A DNA stretch of 63,454 nt, the filler included, from Bigelowiella natans CCMP2755 (taxonomy: Eukaryota > Protista > Cercozoa), in assembly GCA_000320545.1 (NCBI GenBank). It is 8 parts of 8 records of this genome, joined end to end, with 100 filler letters (N's around TTAATTAATTAA, not from the genome) between each part and the next. Parts side by side here need not be neighbours in the genome. Positions count along the whole stretch, not along the records: positions 28,944 to 37,870 come from ADNK01000226.1; positions 37,971 to 58,180 come from ADNK01001080.1; 6 more parts are not named here. One strand, given 5' to 3'. The translations under genes and the position numbers were made by a program. Each line of letters opens with the position of its first letter. Position 1 is the first letter of the stretch. The notes below the pieces were generated by a model. The model was given only the letters and a program-made list of their open reading frames with translations. It had not been told where the DNA came from and searched no databases. Below, piece by piece: positions 35,366 through 49,237 of the stretch.

Positions 35366-36343
35366 TATACATATGTTATATAGTAATATCTCATTGTGGG
35401 GTAACACTTGATATATACACACCATATACGTACCTCGCTCTAGAGCTAGACAATGTGCAAACTACGACATAAACATATTCATTTTATTCATCTATGCTAC
35501 GCTGTGTGCGATGCGCGTACACAACTATCATTTTTAGTTGTTATATCGTAGTGAAGGCGCTACATTATTGTGTCATCTAGCTAACTACCGAGCAGTTATG
35601 GCACGCGCCATTTATCGCCTGCTAGCCTGGCATATACATGTGGCGCATGAGGCATGCATGTTCACGTGTCATGTCGTCAGCTAGTCGCGTCGATCTTGTT
35701 GTGCATATAAGCGTGCTACAGTGGCGGGCCGTTAAATAATACGATGTACATACGTGTATTATGAGCGAGGCAGCCAGGAGCCTATGATATGCGACGATGG
35801 AGTGTAGCAGTCTAGACATATCATAGCGTGGCATCACGTCCGCCGCATTCGGCGCGGCTGCTAGCTAGCTAGCTAGCTAGCGTGTTGCTGTAGAAGCAAA
35901 AACCGATCGAACGATATACAATGCTTTATAATATTGGCTGTGCACAGAGCCAGAACTAGAGAACAAAGCTACATATCTCTAGGTATTCTGCCAGCGGCTA
36001 CGCTACAATACAACAATAATGTGAAATTTGACACTTTGCAACGCGTGTATCATCAAAGAATAAGATGCAAAGCTATCTACTAACTGTAGAAGTTTCGCGA
36101 GCAGCAAGCTAGACAATACGACATTACGGATCTATTCTATAGGAATACGAGCAGTTATGACAATTCCACAGCTCAGAAACCCCTTCGTCAGCACGTCGGG
36201 TCTGATGGTAGCGTAGCAATAGTTAGTGGCCATTTCGTGATTCTAAACGCCAACAGAGCGATCACGCATCTGTAGGGTCTCGCCATCTACACATCTCACT
36301 CCTCTCCCTGTTACGTTTCGCGCGTGGTTTACTATGTTGGCGG

Positions 36344-36958
36344 CTAAGACGATGCCCCTACTACCATCCCTAATCGTACGCGGTAGCCTTTTGTTCGTAG
36401 GCCTGGCGTTGTTACCTGGATTTCCGTGCACGACATTGCGGATCCGCATCGAGGGCACTCCTCAAACGATGCTGGAAGAATGAGAAAAGACAAACAAAGC
36501 TGAGCTGGCGATCGCGACCACTGCCAATGAAAGGTCTGATTTGCACGTATATCCGCAGCTGCTATCGAGTAGTCCCACTCTGCCACTGGCGGAGAAACTA
36601 CAATGACAACTACAACAACTACTACCGCTACTACTACCAGCTTGGGGTTGCGGTGCTAAGCCAGGCAACGCGGGATTTCTCCATTGTTCGAGCTAGTAAA
36701 TCATCGGGGAAAAAAACAAGAAAGAGGCGAGACGTGAAACCAGAGGCATATATAGTACACACTACTACTGCTGCAGGGGGTCTTTTTCCCATTGGGCGTT
36801 CAGCAGCAGCAGCAGCCAACAGCAACAACGGAAAGGGTAATCCCACCTCTTCGTTGAGATGCGCGAATGTCGTCAAGGGCCCTGAGGTGCGGTTCAGCAG
36901 GTATCCAAAATCTCTCCACTTGAGCTCGTTCCTTCTCCACCTGAGTATGTGTGTGCGC

Positions 36959-37015
<57 letters not shown>

Positions 37016-37830
37016 CGTGTGTGTGTGTGCGTGTGTGTGTATGTGCTTACGCAGGAGCGGGTCTCCACATAAACTGCGCGAGTATTATTCACACACGTGT
37101 TCTGAACATATATACCTGTCTCGGATGTGCTCTATGCCCTCCTTCCTGCACACCTCCTTTAAAGTGCCAAAGCAGCACAAGACATCCGTCAATTAGCGGG
37201 GCCGCATCCGGCGAAATAGGAAGTGTTGGGGGGCGACCGAGAAACATCGGCGAATTATTGTCGCGATGCATCGCAGACGCATGCAATGGGTATCTCGCCG
37301 TGTCGCTCCCGCCTCATATTAATGATGTTACAACGATCGCGACAGTGTATATCTAACCCTGGCATTTTGGACAGTCACGATGAAATCAGCGTTCAGCTCC
37401 TCCGCCGGATTTATCCTGCAAGAAAACAATGCGAGGGCCAACGGTCAGGAGGAGGAGGAGGAGGAGGAGGAGGAGGCGGCGGCGGTGGGGGAAGAGGGAG
37501 ACGGGAAGAGAATTAAGTTCGCGCAATGCTAGAGATCTACGCAGGGGGTGGGGGGGCAGAGAGCGCATCGTCGCTGCTTGCCTGCCTTATGATTGATGGG
37601 TGAATTCGTGATGTGCTATTCCGCGCAAGCAGCAAGCACGATCAGCCAAAGCTCTTTTGTTAAATATCATAGCATTGCGGGGAAGAGCTCGGGAGACAAC
37701 CGTCAAAAAATCATGCTGCCGCCGCAGCCGCACCTGAATCTGCAATGTGGCCATCGCCTACAAGTGACTTGCTGCGGTAAAGCAGCCTGAGAGGATGCCC
37801 GGTCGTAGTCTGTCTCTCCATTGCACCTGA
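36344..37830 (-). CDS. Probable multi-exon gene of unknown function (3' part)
   Basis: AG..GT-bounded segments between repeat-rich introns (INPAEELNADFIVTVQNAR; WRRNELKWRDFGYLLNRTSGPLTTFAHLNEE; LEQWRNPALPGLAPQPQA). Family not recognised. Confidence 0.3.
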
Positions 37831-37970
37831 AATGGGAAGGGGGGGGGGAGAGGGACGGGGGGGGGGGGTCNNNNNNNNNNNNNNNNNNNNNNNNNNNNNN
37901 NNNNNNNNNNNNNNTTAATTAATTAANNNNNNNNNNNNNNNNNNNNNNNNNNNNNNNNNNNNNNNNNNNN

Positions 37971-38013
<43 letters not shown>

Positions 38014-38048
38014 ATATATATTCATATTAAAGCTTTCTCTTAACAAAC

Positions 38049-38149
38049 CGCTCTCTATTGATAAGCACACGGGGGCAGTCTGACTTTGGAAACCTGAAAA
38101 AGAACAACACTCACTCATTCTGCAAACTGAAGTATCTGTAACTACTACA

Positions 38150-38181
<32 letters not shown>

Positions 38182-39621
38182 CACTACTCCTACTACTGTG
38201 AATGGTACCCGATAAGAGACGCAAAAGGCTGTACGACGAGGGAGGTTCCCATCACGATTAAGAGGTCACACTGTTAAACCAGTAGACAAAAGAGAGGATG
38301 GGGAGGAGGAGAGGAAGAGGAGCATTGCACTCATTTAAGGCTGCACTAAAGTCAATATGCACCACATACACTTTAATAATACTTTATTTTCATGTATAGC
38401 ATTTTATACATCATGACCTTCTTGAAATCATCGGCTGCACACGAGAAGAATCTACAACAAAAACAAATACGCGAACAACACTTACAACAACAACAATATA
38501 TGGAAGTGTGAATTTATCTACAGAGACAATGTGTGGATATAGTTTTGACCGATTACATCATCAAAGCATGCCAACATCATCCATCATCGTCAGTAGCATA
38601 CGCCAAAAGCACCACCTCTCTGGCAGCTGCTCACCGAAGAACACTATATCAGGTTTTACTGCCAAGATACAATCATTCGAGTAATTATAATAATAATAAT
38701 AATGATAGTAGATTCAGTCAAAACTTACTAATAGTAGCAGAAATATTATATGTAAATATATGCACGAACTTAAGATCAAAGTAATTGTAGAATCCGTAGT
38801 AAAATTCAAAAAACAAATTTTTCTTCTCTTCCTTTCTCATTTTATTTCATCTTGATCTGTTGTGTAAGCATTATTCTCAAAACAACACCTAATCCCCCAT
38901 ATTTGAGCTTAAGATTCATCCATCCATCAGCACCTTGAAGGCACGCATCTTTCACCTCACTAGTTGGAGAAGAAAGAACAACTTCAGATAAAATTAAATG
39001 CTGAAAGCTGCTATTCGTAATGGTAGGACAACTTACTTTATAGGGACATTCTCTCCAGTAGTAATACATTTAGCACTATCGAAATTGCCGTGAGCTGCGA
39101 CAACCTTCTCGGTGAATGATGTATAACAATAGACGACGAGGAGATATTAACACAGATGTAAGCAGTGATAACTCAAGATTTTGCCGTTGAAAAGTGGTGC
39201 TGTAAGAAAAACAGTTGATACGTGAAAAAGGATGATGAATCAGAAGCTAGTTCATGTATGAATACGACTCGCTCTCATCGTATATTCGAATAATAACCTT
39301 CTCTGTCGGAAGACCTGCAAGGGTCTCCAAGCTATCAATGTTTTGCGTGAAACATCTAAGACGAAGAAGAAGAAGAGGAATATGTACAAGATCAACCACC
39401 ATGAGCACATCATCATCATCATCATCATCATCATATGACTACGTGTACTACATCATCTTTCCACCACCCACTACTACCTTAATAATAGACCCTTCTCGTG
39501 CAGCTTGTTGATGAAATGATGCGTGGAAGTTGGGTTGTATTGCCCTGATAATAAATAGTAACACACGTCAAAACACATTCACAATTTATTGAATTATTTG
39601 CACCTACGTATCTGTGTGTGC

Positions 39622-39659
<38 letters not shown>

Positions 39660-41226
39660 TGTTCCATGCTTCACTGCTGCATCTTCTACCACACTACTAC
39701 TTTTCCTACTATCGTGGTTGTGCGTTTTTTGTAAGCATACGTACTGTCATCATCCTTGGTGATAAATGTGATAAGAATATGAAGATAAACAACACCTGGC
39801 CAAAGCTCCTTGCACAATCTGTAGAAAGGCTCGGGGTTTGACCTTCCAAAAGGAGATTAAAATTTGTTTATGGGGTACAAGAGGGGAGGAGAGAACAGTA
39901 GATAGATTCCAATTCTGTACCGTAATAATGCTAAATACTAACATAAAGCCGTGCCCCTGAATTCTCGTGCGTGTGTGTTACAATCAAGCAACACATATAT
40001 TGCATTGTTTCCAATTTTAATGATGTAGTTCTTTCTTTAAGATTGTCATGGTGATGATGATGATGATGATGACGAAAATATGATCGAAATGATCAATATG
40101 ATTGATCTTCGATTATGGACATTGGTTTCATGATATCATGGTAGGAGCGCATGCCGCATTTATGGTGCTATTATTTTTGCTTTGTGGATTGATAATTATT
40201 TAGTTTCTTCTTCCCCACCGGAAAAATTGAAGGTCAAACACAGCTTCGGGGTATGGAAGATCATAAGCTTGTAAGTTATCGTATAATCCTAACAGCAGAG
40301 AGGAGATATAGTACACATCGTAAACACAGACGAGCTTCACCACCGCCACTACTAAATTCCCACCATCAACCACCAGTACCAGCAGCAATACTACCACTAC
40401 TTTATCATTACCAGTTCCAGGAGATCTAAAGTCAGGAATACCAGCATTGCACGAAATGCCAGCCCCAACCATCACGACAATCTGAAGGAGGGTAACGATA
40501 GCACAATCGCCATTATTTTATCATTACTGAGAAAATTGACCTAGTTTGCTCCAACACCTGTCTTTCAATGTTTGTGTGTGGTAATCTAAAGACTGTCAGC
40601 TATCAGTACTATCCCACCTTTTTTGCCTTCCCTGTCTTAATTTTATCCTGCAATCGTAATCGTTAAATATAGGCAGTTTTCCCAAATTTATGAGCGAAAA
40701 TAAAAATCTTCAAGATATGAGTGAAAAATTAAAAACCAGGTTATGTAATAGGGGGTGGTGGTGGTGGAATATATCGTAAGAAGAGTCATTTTGCGCTTAA
40801 TAAATGTATTCGGCACACATACACACACACACACACATACACACATTCATATTTTTTGCATGTATGATTGCGCTTACAGCCAATCCTTTAATATCGTAGC
40901 TCTTAAAAAGAGCCGAGGAAGAGGAGGAATCTGAAGGGACAATTTATTCTGACGTTGACTTCTCTGCTATTTCTGCTACGTTTCTAAAGTTTGCATGGCT
41001 TTCAACAAATGCTGTTTATTCATTTTCATTTCATCATTTACACACTACCAGCTAAATCACCATTACCTCGTTGCGTTGTGGCACTGGAGAAGATACGAGC
41101 TGATGAAGGGCTCCTCAATGATGTGCGTGCTTTCAAGACTCTATATGAACATACAAATAATTGATTAAATCCTGACTACCGTGCACATTCTGGCTTTCTC
41201 AATATCAGGACAGATAGTACTATATA

Positions 41227-41258
<32 letters not shown>

Positions 41259-41398
41259 ACTACTTCTAATACAACTACCTTTGAATTTGCTTTTGACTGA
41301 GAAGAGGGGATCCTCCGGAAGGGAATAGCCCCGGAGCAGCTAGTAACAACACAGCAGCAGAAGATATGTCAAATACAACTTCATCGACCGACAACATC
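38049..41398 (-). CDS. NAD-dependent deacylase, class I sirtuin (SIRT2/SIRT3/Hst2-like); the 3' end is in the gap and the start is uncertain
   Basis: Exons: [24 protein letters not shown]|[23 protein letters not shown]|[15 protein letters not shown]|[23 protein letters not shown]|[19 protein letters not shown]|[13 protein letters not shown]...|[15 protein letters not shown]|...[21 protein letters not shown]|[14 protein letters not shown]. Confidence 0.95.
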
Positions 41399-42049
41399 GC
41401 ACTTGTATCGTGACAAACACGTAACTCTTCAAAAAAAGAAAGTCGTTTCTGTTTGTTGATTTACTCGATGCTCGCCTTGGTTTTGTCCACCTTGGAGAAC
41501 GAGACCTACTGCTACTAGTACCTGGGAATAATCATGGGAAACAATGGGTACTGCTTGATGGAGTAGTAGATGCATATTTGAATCTACACTTTGTATTGAA
41601 CGAATAGCACTCAAACCATCACTTTTCCCTCCTCCTTAACAACCAAAGCACTGCTCGAGAATAGAGCGTGCTCATATCAGTAAAGAGGAATGTAAAATAA
41701 AACTTCCACTTTCTTCCTCGCCCTCCTCCTTCTCGATTCGTCTCTAACAACCTCTAACCATAAACGATGAAAGGAATGGTGGCGCAGAAGATGTCCTGTT
41801 TGATTTGTCATCGGTATCTTGCTGCCGCCTGAGCGCTATGAGACACGTCGTTGCATACATTGTAGTAAAAAATGTCCACCTGTTTGTTATAGAATGCGTC
41901 AAGCTATTCGTCGAGGCCAAATGACATCATCATTCACAAATATACACCTCTTTTATGCGTCTTCAATAATACTAAGATTCAAAGAAAAACAACCCACCTC
42001 GCTATCCTCCGTTGGTCTCTCGTCGCTAGGATCGGCACAGTTTGACGCC

Positions 42050-43204
42050 ATGCCCTCGCCCCCTCCCGCACCGATTGGGAAGAAAAGGCTAGAAGCGACG
42101 GCATGTTGCTAGGAGCGAGGTTAGTGTGGTGGTACTGTGATGAGTACACGTTGTTCCACGATAAACGAATCGTTAGAATTGGAGGGGAGGGCGGATATGA
42201 TCAGTTCTGCGATGAGAGTGATGGATCGTTAAAACCAAAAACAAAAAGTATGAAAATCGCCTACGTTTGTATTGAGCGACAAGACAAACAATCGCAGAAC
42301 ATTGTCGCATGCCAAAAATAGGGCCAACGTACTTATTTTCCAGAGCATCCTTCTCCTCCTCTTGCCGGTGCTCGTAACGGTCGCTAACAAGGATCATCAT
42401 CATCATCATCATTACGTGCATCCTCCCTCCCCAAACCTCCACCACCAGCTTACAGTCATCATCAAGACCACCATTATCGCTCACCGCAAGACCAGAAACA
42501 TTACCACGAACATCATCTTCCAGAGAATAGCCTAATCTCCAACTTTGGACCTGTAAAGGCGACAGCTCATCCGACCAAAACGTTGTCCGAAGAAGAGAGA
42601 GGATACCGCTACCCTGATTGAGGGAGGTAAAGCGTTGTATTGTATCGATGAGCAGATCTCCAGAGGATGCCTTTCTAAACGACTACAGCAGAAAGGCACG
42701 TGACAAAGAAAAAATAATGAAGAAAGAGTCGTCATTGACGAAGGAAGTGCACACTTCAGGCTAGATAGCGCGTGACGAATCATTTGTGATTTGCTTGCTG
42801 TAATGCTCTCATCGTCGTATGTATGGTTTTCCCCATTTCATTTGATAAATTGTAACATATCTTTGTTGGCAATAACCCCAGGAGTTTTTGCATAATTTCT
42901 TCATATTCTTCGTCCCACTCATCATCGCTCTAGGTGGTGTTCACACTAACACTCATAACCATTTACGCATTGAATGCTGGTCTAGCATCAAAGTTGATAT
43001 CTTACTCATACCATGCTATTCTTCTGTTGTGGTGTGGACCTAAGTTATTGCCAAAGAAATCTTCAACGATGGAGACTACCATTTCAAGTATATTTTCCAT
43101 TCAAAATATATATATATAAATAAAAATAAAAATGTGCAATTATTATAATTATTATTAGAAATATATCAATTCTTTTAGTAAATTATGTGTTTGTGTGAGT
43201 GTGA

Positions 43205-43240
<36 letters not shown>

Positions 43241-43542
43241 TTTTGCGTATGTGCGTGTGAGGAAAGAGTTAACTGTGAGCGTTTGAGTGGAAACATCTTT
43301 GAAATTAGTAATGAGATCATCATCGTTGGATTTTCAGGTGGCTTCTCCAAACCTTCGCTATCAAACGAAAATGGGACTTAAAATGGGGTAAAATGATGGT
43401 CACTATTCATATCCTTTCATCATCATCTAAGACGGATGTTTACAACACAAAGGAGCTACACGTTTTGAACAAAATCTTTGGATGCTAAGCGTGGTTATTC
43501 TGATGCTGGTCATGTACCCAATTCTCATCCTCGTTTTATGGG

Positions 43543-43573
<31 letters not shown>

Positions 43574-45812
43574 GCTGCTGCTACTACTACTATTAGTACG
43601 CAACAATGCAGCGGAATGCATAACCAATCTCTGTCTTTCGATTCATGGAACAGCTTTCATATTTTCGGAACATGTGATTGATACCTCTCATTGAAATCCG
43701 CGAAGTAAATGTGCACTACGAATAGACAGATTCATTTTACTATTTAAACTTAGGGGATCGCTGCTTGTGTGAAGATAAGGTCTATTCATTTGCGGAATAC
43801 TTAACTCATATTAACTCCAATGCTCTAAACACAAAGATTATTCTCCTCAACTTTAATCCTCGTTTGTGCGATATCTGCTTGATCTCTTACTTATGTTTCG
43901 GCCTTCTCCTCCTCCTCCTCCTCCTCCTCCTCCTTTGACTATCATCCAATAACACAGTTATTTGTATGGACTCACTTTGATACTGATTGGAATCTCAATC
44001 TTATTGGCCTGGTCATCGTGATCACATGATCTGACACAAAACGCCTATATGATGATATTCATAATGAACTTGGTGAAGGAGCTACTAAATTAGTTGCTTC
44101 AAGGTTAGAGATTGGATGTGTGAAAAATGCTTTGAATACATAACGATGTAGGTACTGCCTGATGCATTGGCGTGGGAATAACTATCGTATTACTGATCCA
44201 GTGAAATACGGCTTCGGGATATGTGGGGCCCTAATTTTTGTCTACCAGATCATCGTATGTCAATGTTATTTACTTGTTAGATTCACAACACTAGCACAGC
44301 GTAGGCACAAAGGCAAGCAATAAGAAGAAATAAAACAACACATCGATGATAAGGGATTAGAAACAAAATGAAAGCGATATTTTGCTTCATAAAATATGGA
44401 AAATTTACTTTGTTTGTGTATTATTTCCTATTATACCAGGTGATTTCTACAACAAAGTACGATTTCAGATCAGTTTCATCTCTCTTCCTTGCTCTCAACA
44501 TGCTTCCGGTAGAGTTATTCTTCCCGATTGACATCTCTTGAAATACTACCATATTTTACACGGTTACGATTGAAAGAATGGAATTTCAAATTGTTTTTTT
44601 TTTTTTTAAATTTAACGTTTCTTATTTCTACGACTATCCATTCTTTCGCTAGCAAATGCAACTATTAGAAGCATATATGACCAAATGTTTTAATTGTAAT
44701 TCAGGTAACACAAATGGTGTTCTCACTTGCGTTGGGCGAACTATCAGAGTTTGAAGATTACGACGGACTTGCCAAACACATAGAGTAGTAGTTGTTGTAG
44801 TAGAGTCAATGCGTCGCAACCTAGCAGCTTTGTCTCAATTGACTTGTTCATGAATGATGATGATGTTGATGTTGATGGTGATTTTTGTATAGTGAAAAGT
44901 GGCTCAAGGACTCCGATGAGGCATCAGCTAACACTCAAGGCAGTATTGATTGTACACCATCCTTCTTTTGTTAGTATAGCGATCATGCCATACTTCCTTA
45001 CGGTATCATTAAATGGACAAAATTGCCAATAGAATCGCTTGACCCCTCCTCTTCCTAACGAAGTATCTGTATATCCATCCATAGGTGAGAATAATAAGGG
45101 GAGCACTAGTTTACCGGAAACCAAGACGCTGGCAAACGGTAAATCAGAGTTGCAGATTAAAAAGAAGAACATTCTCAGAGAGAAAAAAGAAGTTTGATAC
45201 AAATGTTTGCTGAAACTAGTTGAGTCTCATTCGACTTCATTCATATGCTATTCCATTTTCCCTTAATCGTGTCAGCTTCCAGAATTGAGCGTGCTATTAC
45301 AATTACGGGGCCACCACCCAAAAAGACATCAGAAGGATACGTGAGAAATAATCTCATTCTCTTTGCATTGGCAATCGGGGTATAGAGTAGTAGGATGCTT
45401 GTTTTTTAATGAATAAACGAGATTGTTATTGTGATAGTAGACGTCATTTAACAACTAACATCCATCAGAGAAATAAAATCCTCATAACATCGTTGTAGCC
45501 TACTACTTCCCTAATCGTATATCTGAATAAAAATATGTATCATTAATTCTAGTTGAGTCGAGAATAAGTATTACTTCTCGTACATCATATCCTGCTCATC
45601 GCGAATAGAGTGCTTTCATTGAAAATTTATGACAGCCTCGTTATTCTCCCCCCCCCTTCTCTCTCAATAACATTCTCTTTATTTACCTGCGCGTGCATAT
45701 CTTCCGGTATTGTGTGTAGATTCTTGCAGTTTATGGGTTTGTGACATTATTTTTGGCCGAAAACTATAGTGTTGGCGCTGTAGGTATGGAATTACACTCG
45801 ATGAAACACTAG

Positions 45813-45843
<31 letters not shown>

Positions 45844-46100
45844 ACACACATGCATTCACGCAATTCGTCCATACACATTGTATCATGAACACATTACGCA
45901 AAACTTATTGAATGTCCTTGCAGGATTTATTACAGGAGGAGCTCTTTTGGTTATAGATTCATTGCTGTTAGTCGGTATATCAGCAGTATCATAGGCACTA
46001 GCGTATTAAAGAACATTAGTATATTTTTACGTAATTCCCTACATCTAGCACAGAGCCATGAGCTGTATTATCCTAATACTCCTTTCATTCTATGCAGACG

Positions 46101-46136
<36 letters not shown>

Positions 46137-46557
46137 ATACACACGATTAAAATTTGTTGTGGTAGGCGTATGCGACCTCAAGTTCCGCAATCCGCTCATC
46201 GTTGTTTCAGTACTATTACTACCACCATTACTATTACTACTAACCTCGACTCATGGTTTTATTTGCAATTGTTTAACGTGTGCTGGTGCTTCTTCGCACA
46301 TGTCAATTTGTGCATGCTTGTTGAATCGTGTACCTATGTGATCATAATGAGTAAGTAGACAACTATTGTATCGAGCTTTGACCTAAATGTAACCACCCAC
46401 TTCTTGTTCTTAGGTGATGATATTATCTCGTTTTCTACTGATAATCTTCGGTGATCGATACTACTTCATCGGACATTTGCTGGTTAACAAATACAAATAT
46501 CGAGTTATTTATTCGTATATCAGCATTGACTACACACTCTAATTATATACTAAAATG

Positions 46558-46596
<39 letters not shown>

Positions 46597-46716
46597 GCAT
46601 AGTTGTTTCTTTTACTTTGCAACATTTTTAGGTGTTTCTTCCATGCGCAATTTGCCTCGGAGTCGGCAGCGTAAATCACATTATGCCTCCTGTTTCTCGG
46701 TATAAATGAATTAGGA

Positions 46717-46766
<50 letters not shown>

Positions 46767-47143
46767 GAGAGAGAGAAGAGAGGCCTACACTGTTAATTCA
46801 TTTTAAAAGAAGCTGCTAACATTATACCAAATTCGAACAGTGTACAAGAACTCAATCAATTCTTATCAAAGCTAGGTGATTATAGGGTTATACTAGCATG
46901 ATGGTGGGGGTGATGATGATGATAAGGATGATGATGATGCCGATGGAAATTGTGATTATGAGTCTAATTGATAATGACTATGATTACGATGAGAGTAACA
47001 TATATAATGAGCATGGAAAAGCACGTTCAGATATGTGTGTAAACACGTGTTATTGCGTGGAATTTTGGCAGATGATTTAAACTTTCTTTTATAAAAATGC
47101 ACTTGTTGGTAGGCTTCAAGCAGGAATCTCAAGAAAGAAACGA

Positions 47144-47182
<39 letters not shown>

Positions 47183-47780
47183 CTGAAAAACAATACGCGA
47201 ACTCACACATGCACACACACGCACTAACGTACATAATACGTACATTCATTTCGATTAACTGAATAATGCTGCATGGAATCTAAAAGAATGACACACATAC
47301 TAGGATGGAACATGGTTATAAAACATACAAACAGGAGTTGAAGAAGTTTTCAATACGGCATGAGTGGTATGTAGCACAAAATTATTAGAAGAAGTCGTAG
47401 TAATGGTGATGGCACAATGGGTGGGATTTTTGGAAGATCATGCTCTGCAAAGTTTCTCGCTTTTTTAGGGCATTCTTCCATCTGAAAGATACGAACGAAG
47501 TGATTCCTTATGTTTCATGCAATCATTGTTTTCATAACGATAGGATGTCCTTCTTTGTGGATAACGCCGTTGCCAATTCTCTTGTCGCTGTCATTGTGTT
47601 CTTTGCCATCGATATTACGGTACATCTAGTCGTGTGTGTGCCTGTGCGTGTGCATTCATGACATCTAACTGATATCATGCAGATCGCTGCTTATTTTGTT
47701 GAAGCTAATGTACGAATCCATGGCAATGGTTACAAGCAATGGGTTTTGGGTAATTACGAGCTGTAATATTTTTCATATAC

Positions 47781-47819
<39 letters not shown>

Positions 47820-49159
47820 ATGATACTTAGTGTATTAAGTTTATGAGGTTTGTTTCCATGGAGATGGTTCATATACATTTGTATAATAAATAGTTTCAAG
47901 GCTCGATTTTTCCATTTGTTTCCATCTGCATTAAAGACTTAAGTACAATCACATTGCGCACTTTAGGCGTAATGACGCTCTGCGTGGCGATCTATGCTAT
48001 TTTGACTTTTGCTACCTGGAGGCACTATGGGTTATCCTCTCCCCCCTCTTCTCTCCCTGCTTTTTTATTTCTTTCTCTAGGACGATAAAGTATTGCACAA
48101 CGTGTATATACACGCTGTTGAAATGTTGTGAAAATTGTATTTCTGATTGTATTTCTGATTCTAAAATTACTTATGCACATAAAATACATACGATGTTCGT
48201 CTAAAGACTTCGTGCTTTACATTTGGTATAAAGAAATTGCGGATATCATCTGGAAATCACGGTGCTGTTAGCTTCTGTTATAAAAAACGCCGCCTCAGGT
48301 TTGTGCAAAAATGGAGTGACTGGCGGTGGGGTGTTGTGGGGTTGTTGTAGATCTATATATGGGCCTAAGACCTGCCGTCTTCTTCAAAGTTGATGCATTT
48401 TTATAGCAAATATGCAAATCCTAGTCAAAACGAGTCTGTATCTACCATCACTTCAATTCAAATGACAGAACAAAATCACCGCCATATTGAAGTCAGATGC
48501 ATAAACTTGCGAGAGGAAAAGGATGAGAGAACAGAGGGGGGGGGGGGGGGGGGGGGGGAGAGAGAGAGAGAAACAGAATGCAGCACAATTCTTGAAAAGC
48601 CTCGTTATCAGTCCCCAACCTTTGTAACTTAACTCACTCAATACATATGCTGCCACTTTGTATAGCTGGAACTGGGGTCATCATTCTGCTTATATCTGGT
48701 ACTTATAGATATTGCTGTCACTCGTTACGCATATATCACTGCAATATCTTAAATACGTGTCGGCAAATGTAGGGTGCATGTATACCTGCAGCTTTAAGTG
48801 ATGCTGTATATTCATAATATGGTGTTTTGCAGGATCGACTCTTGTGATGGCAGCGTTTATTTTCGTCCCTCTTCTCATAGGTCAAGAAAATCATTCCATA
48901 TTATCCTATTCGTCTAATACACATGTCTACGGTATCTTGTTGCGAGAATCATATTATACTGTGCTAATTTCATCATTCGACTTATTGCCTTTTTTATGCA
49001 TTGTTTGTGTGGTATTTTCTTTAGATTTCTTCGTTGCTTTCCTCGTTGAATGGACCCAGGTTTCTTGTCATCCTAACATCAAAACATCAGCATTCCCTCA
49101 ATGTCATGTGAGCATGTATACACGACGCATTGATAATATTTGATGATCATATGTATATA

Positions 49160-49237
<78 letters not shown>

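Noticed and set aside
42900-48089. A separate MFS-like transporter gene upstream of a second membrane protein
   Set aside because: The reading frame continues through the 9-nt exon at 48081-48089, and both halves match consecutive parts of the DEK1 membrane domain.
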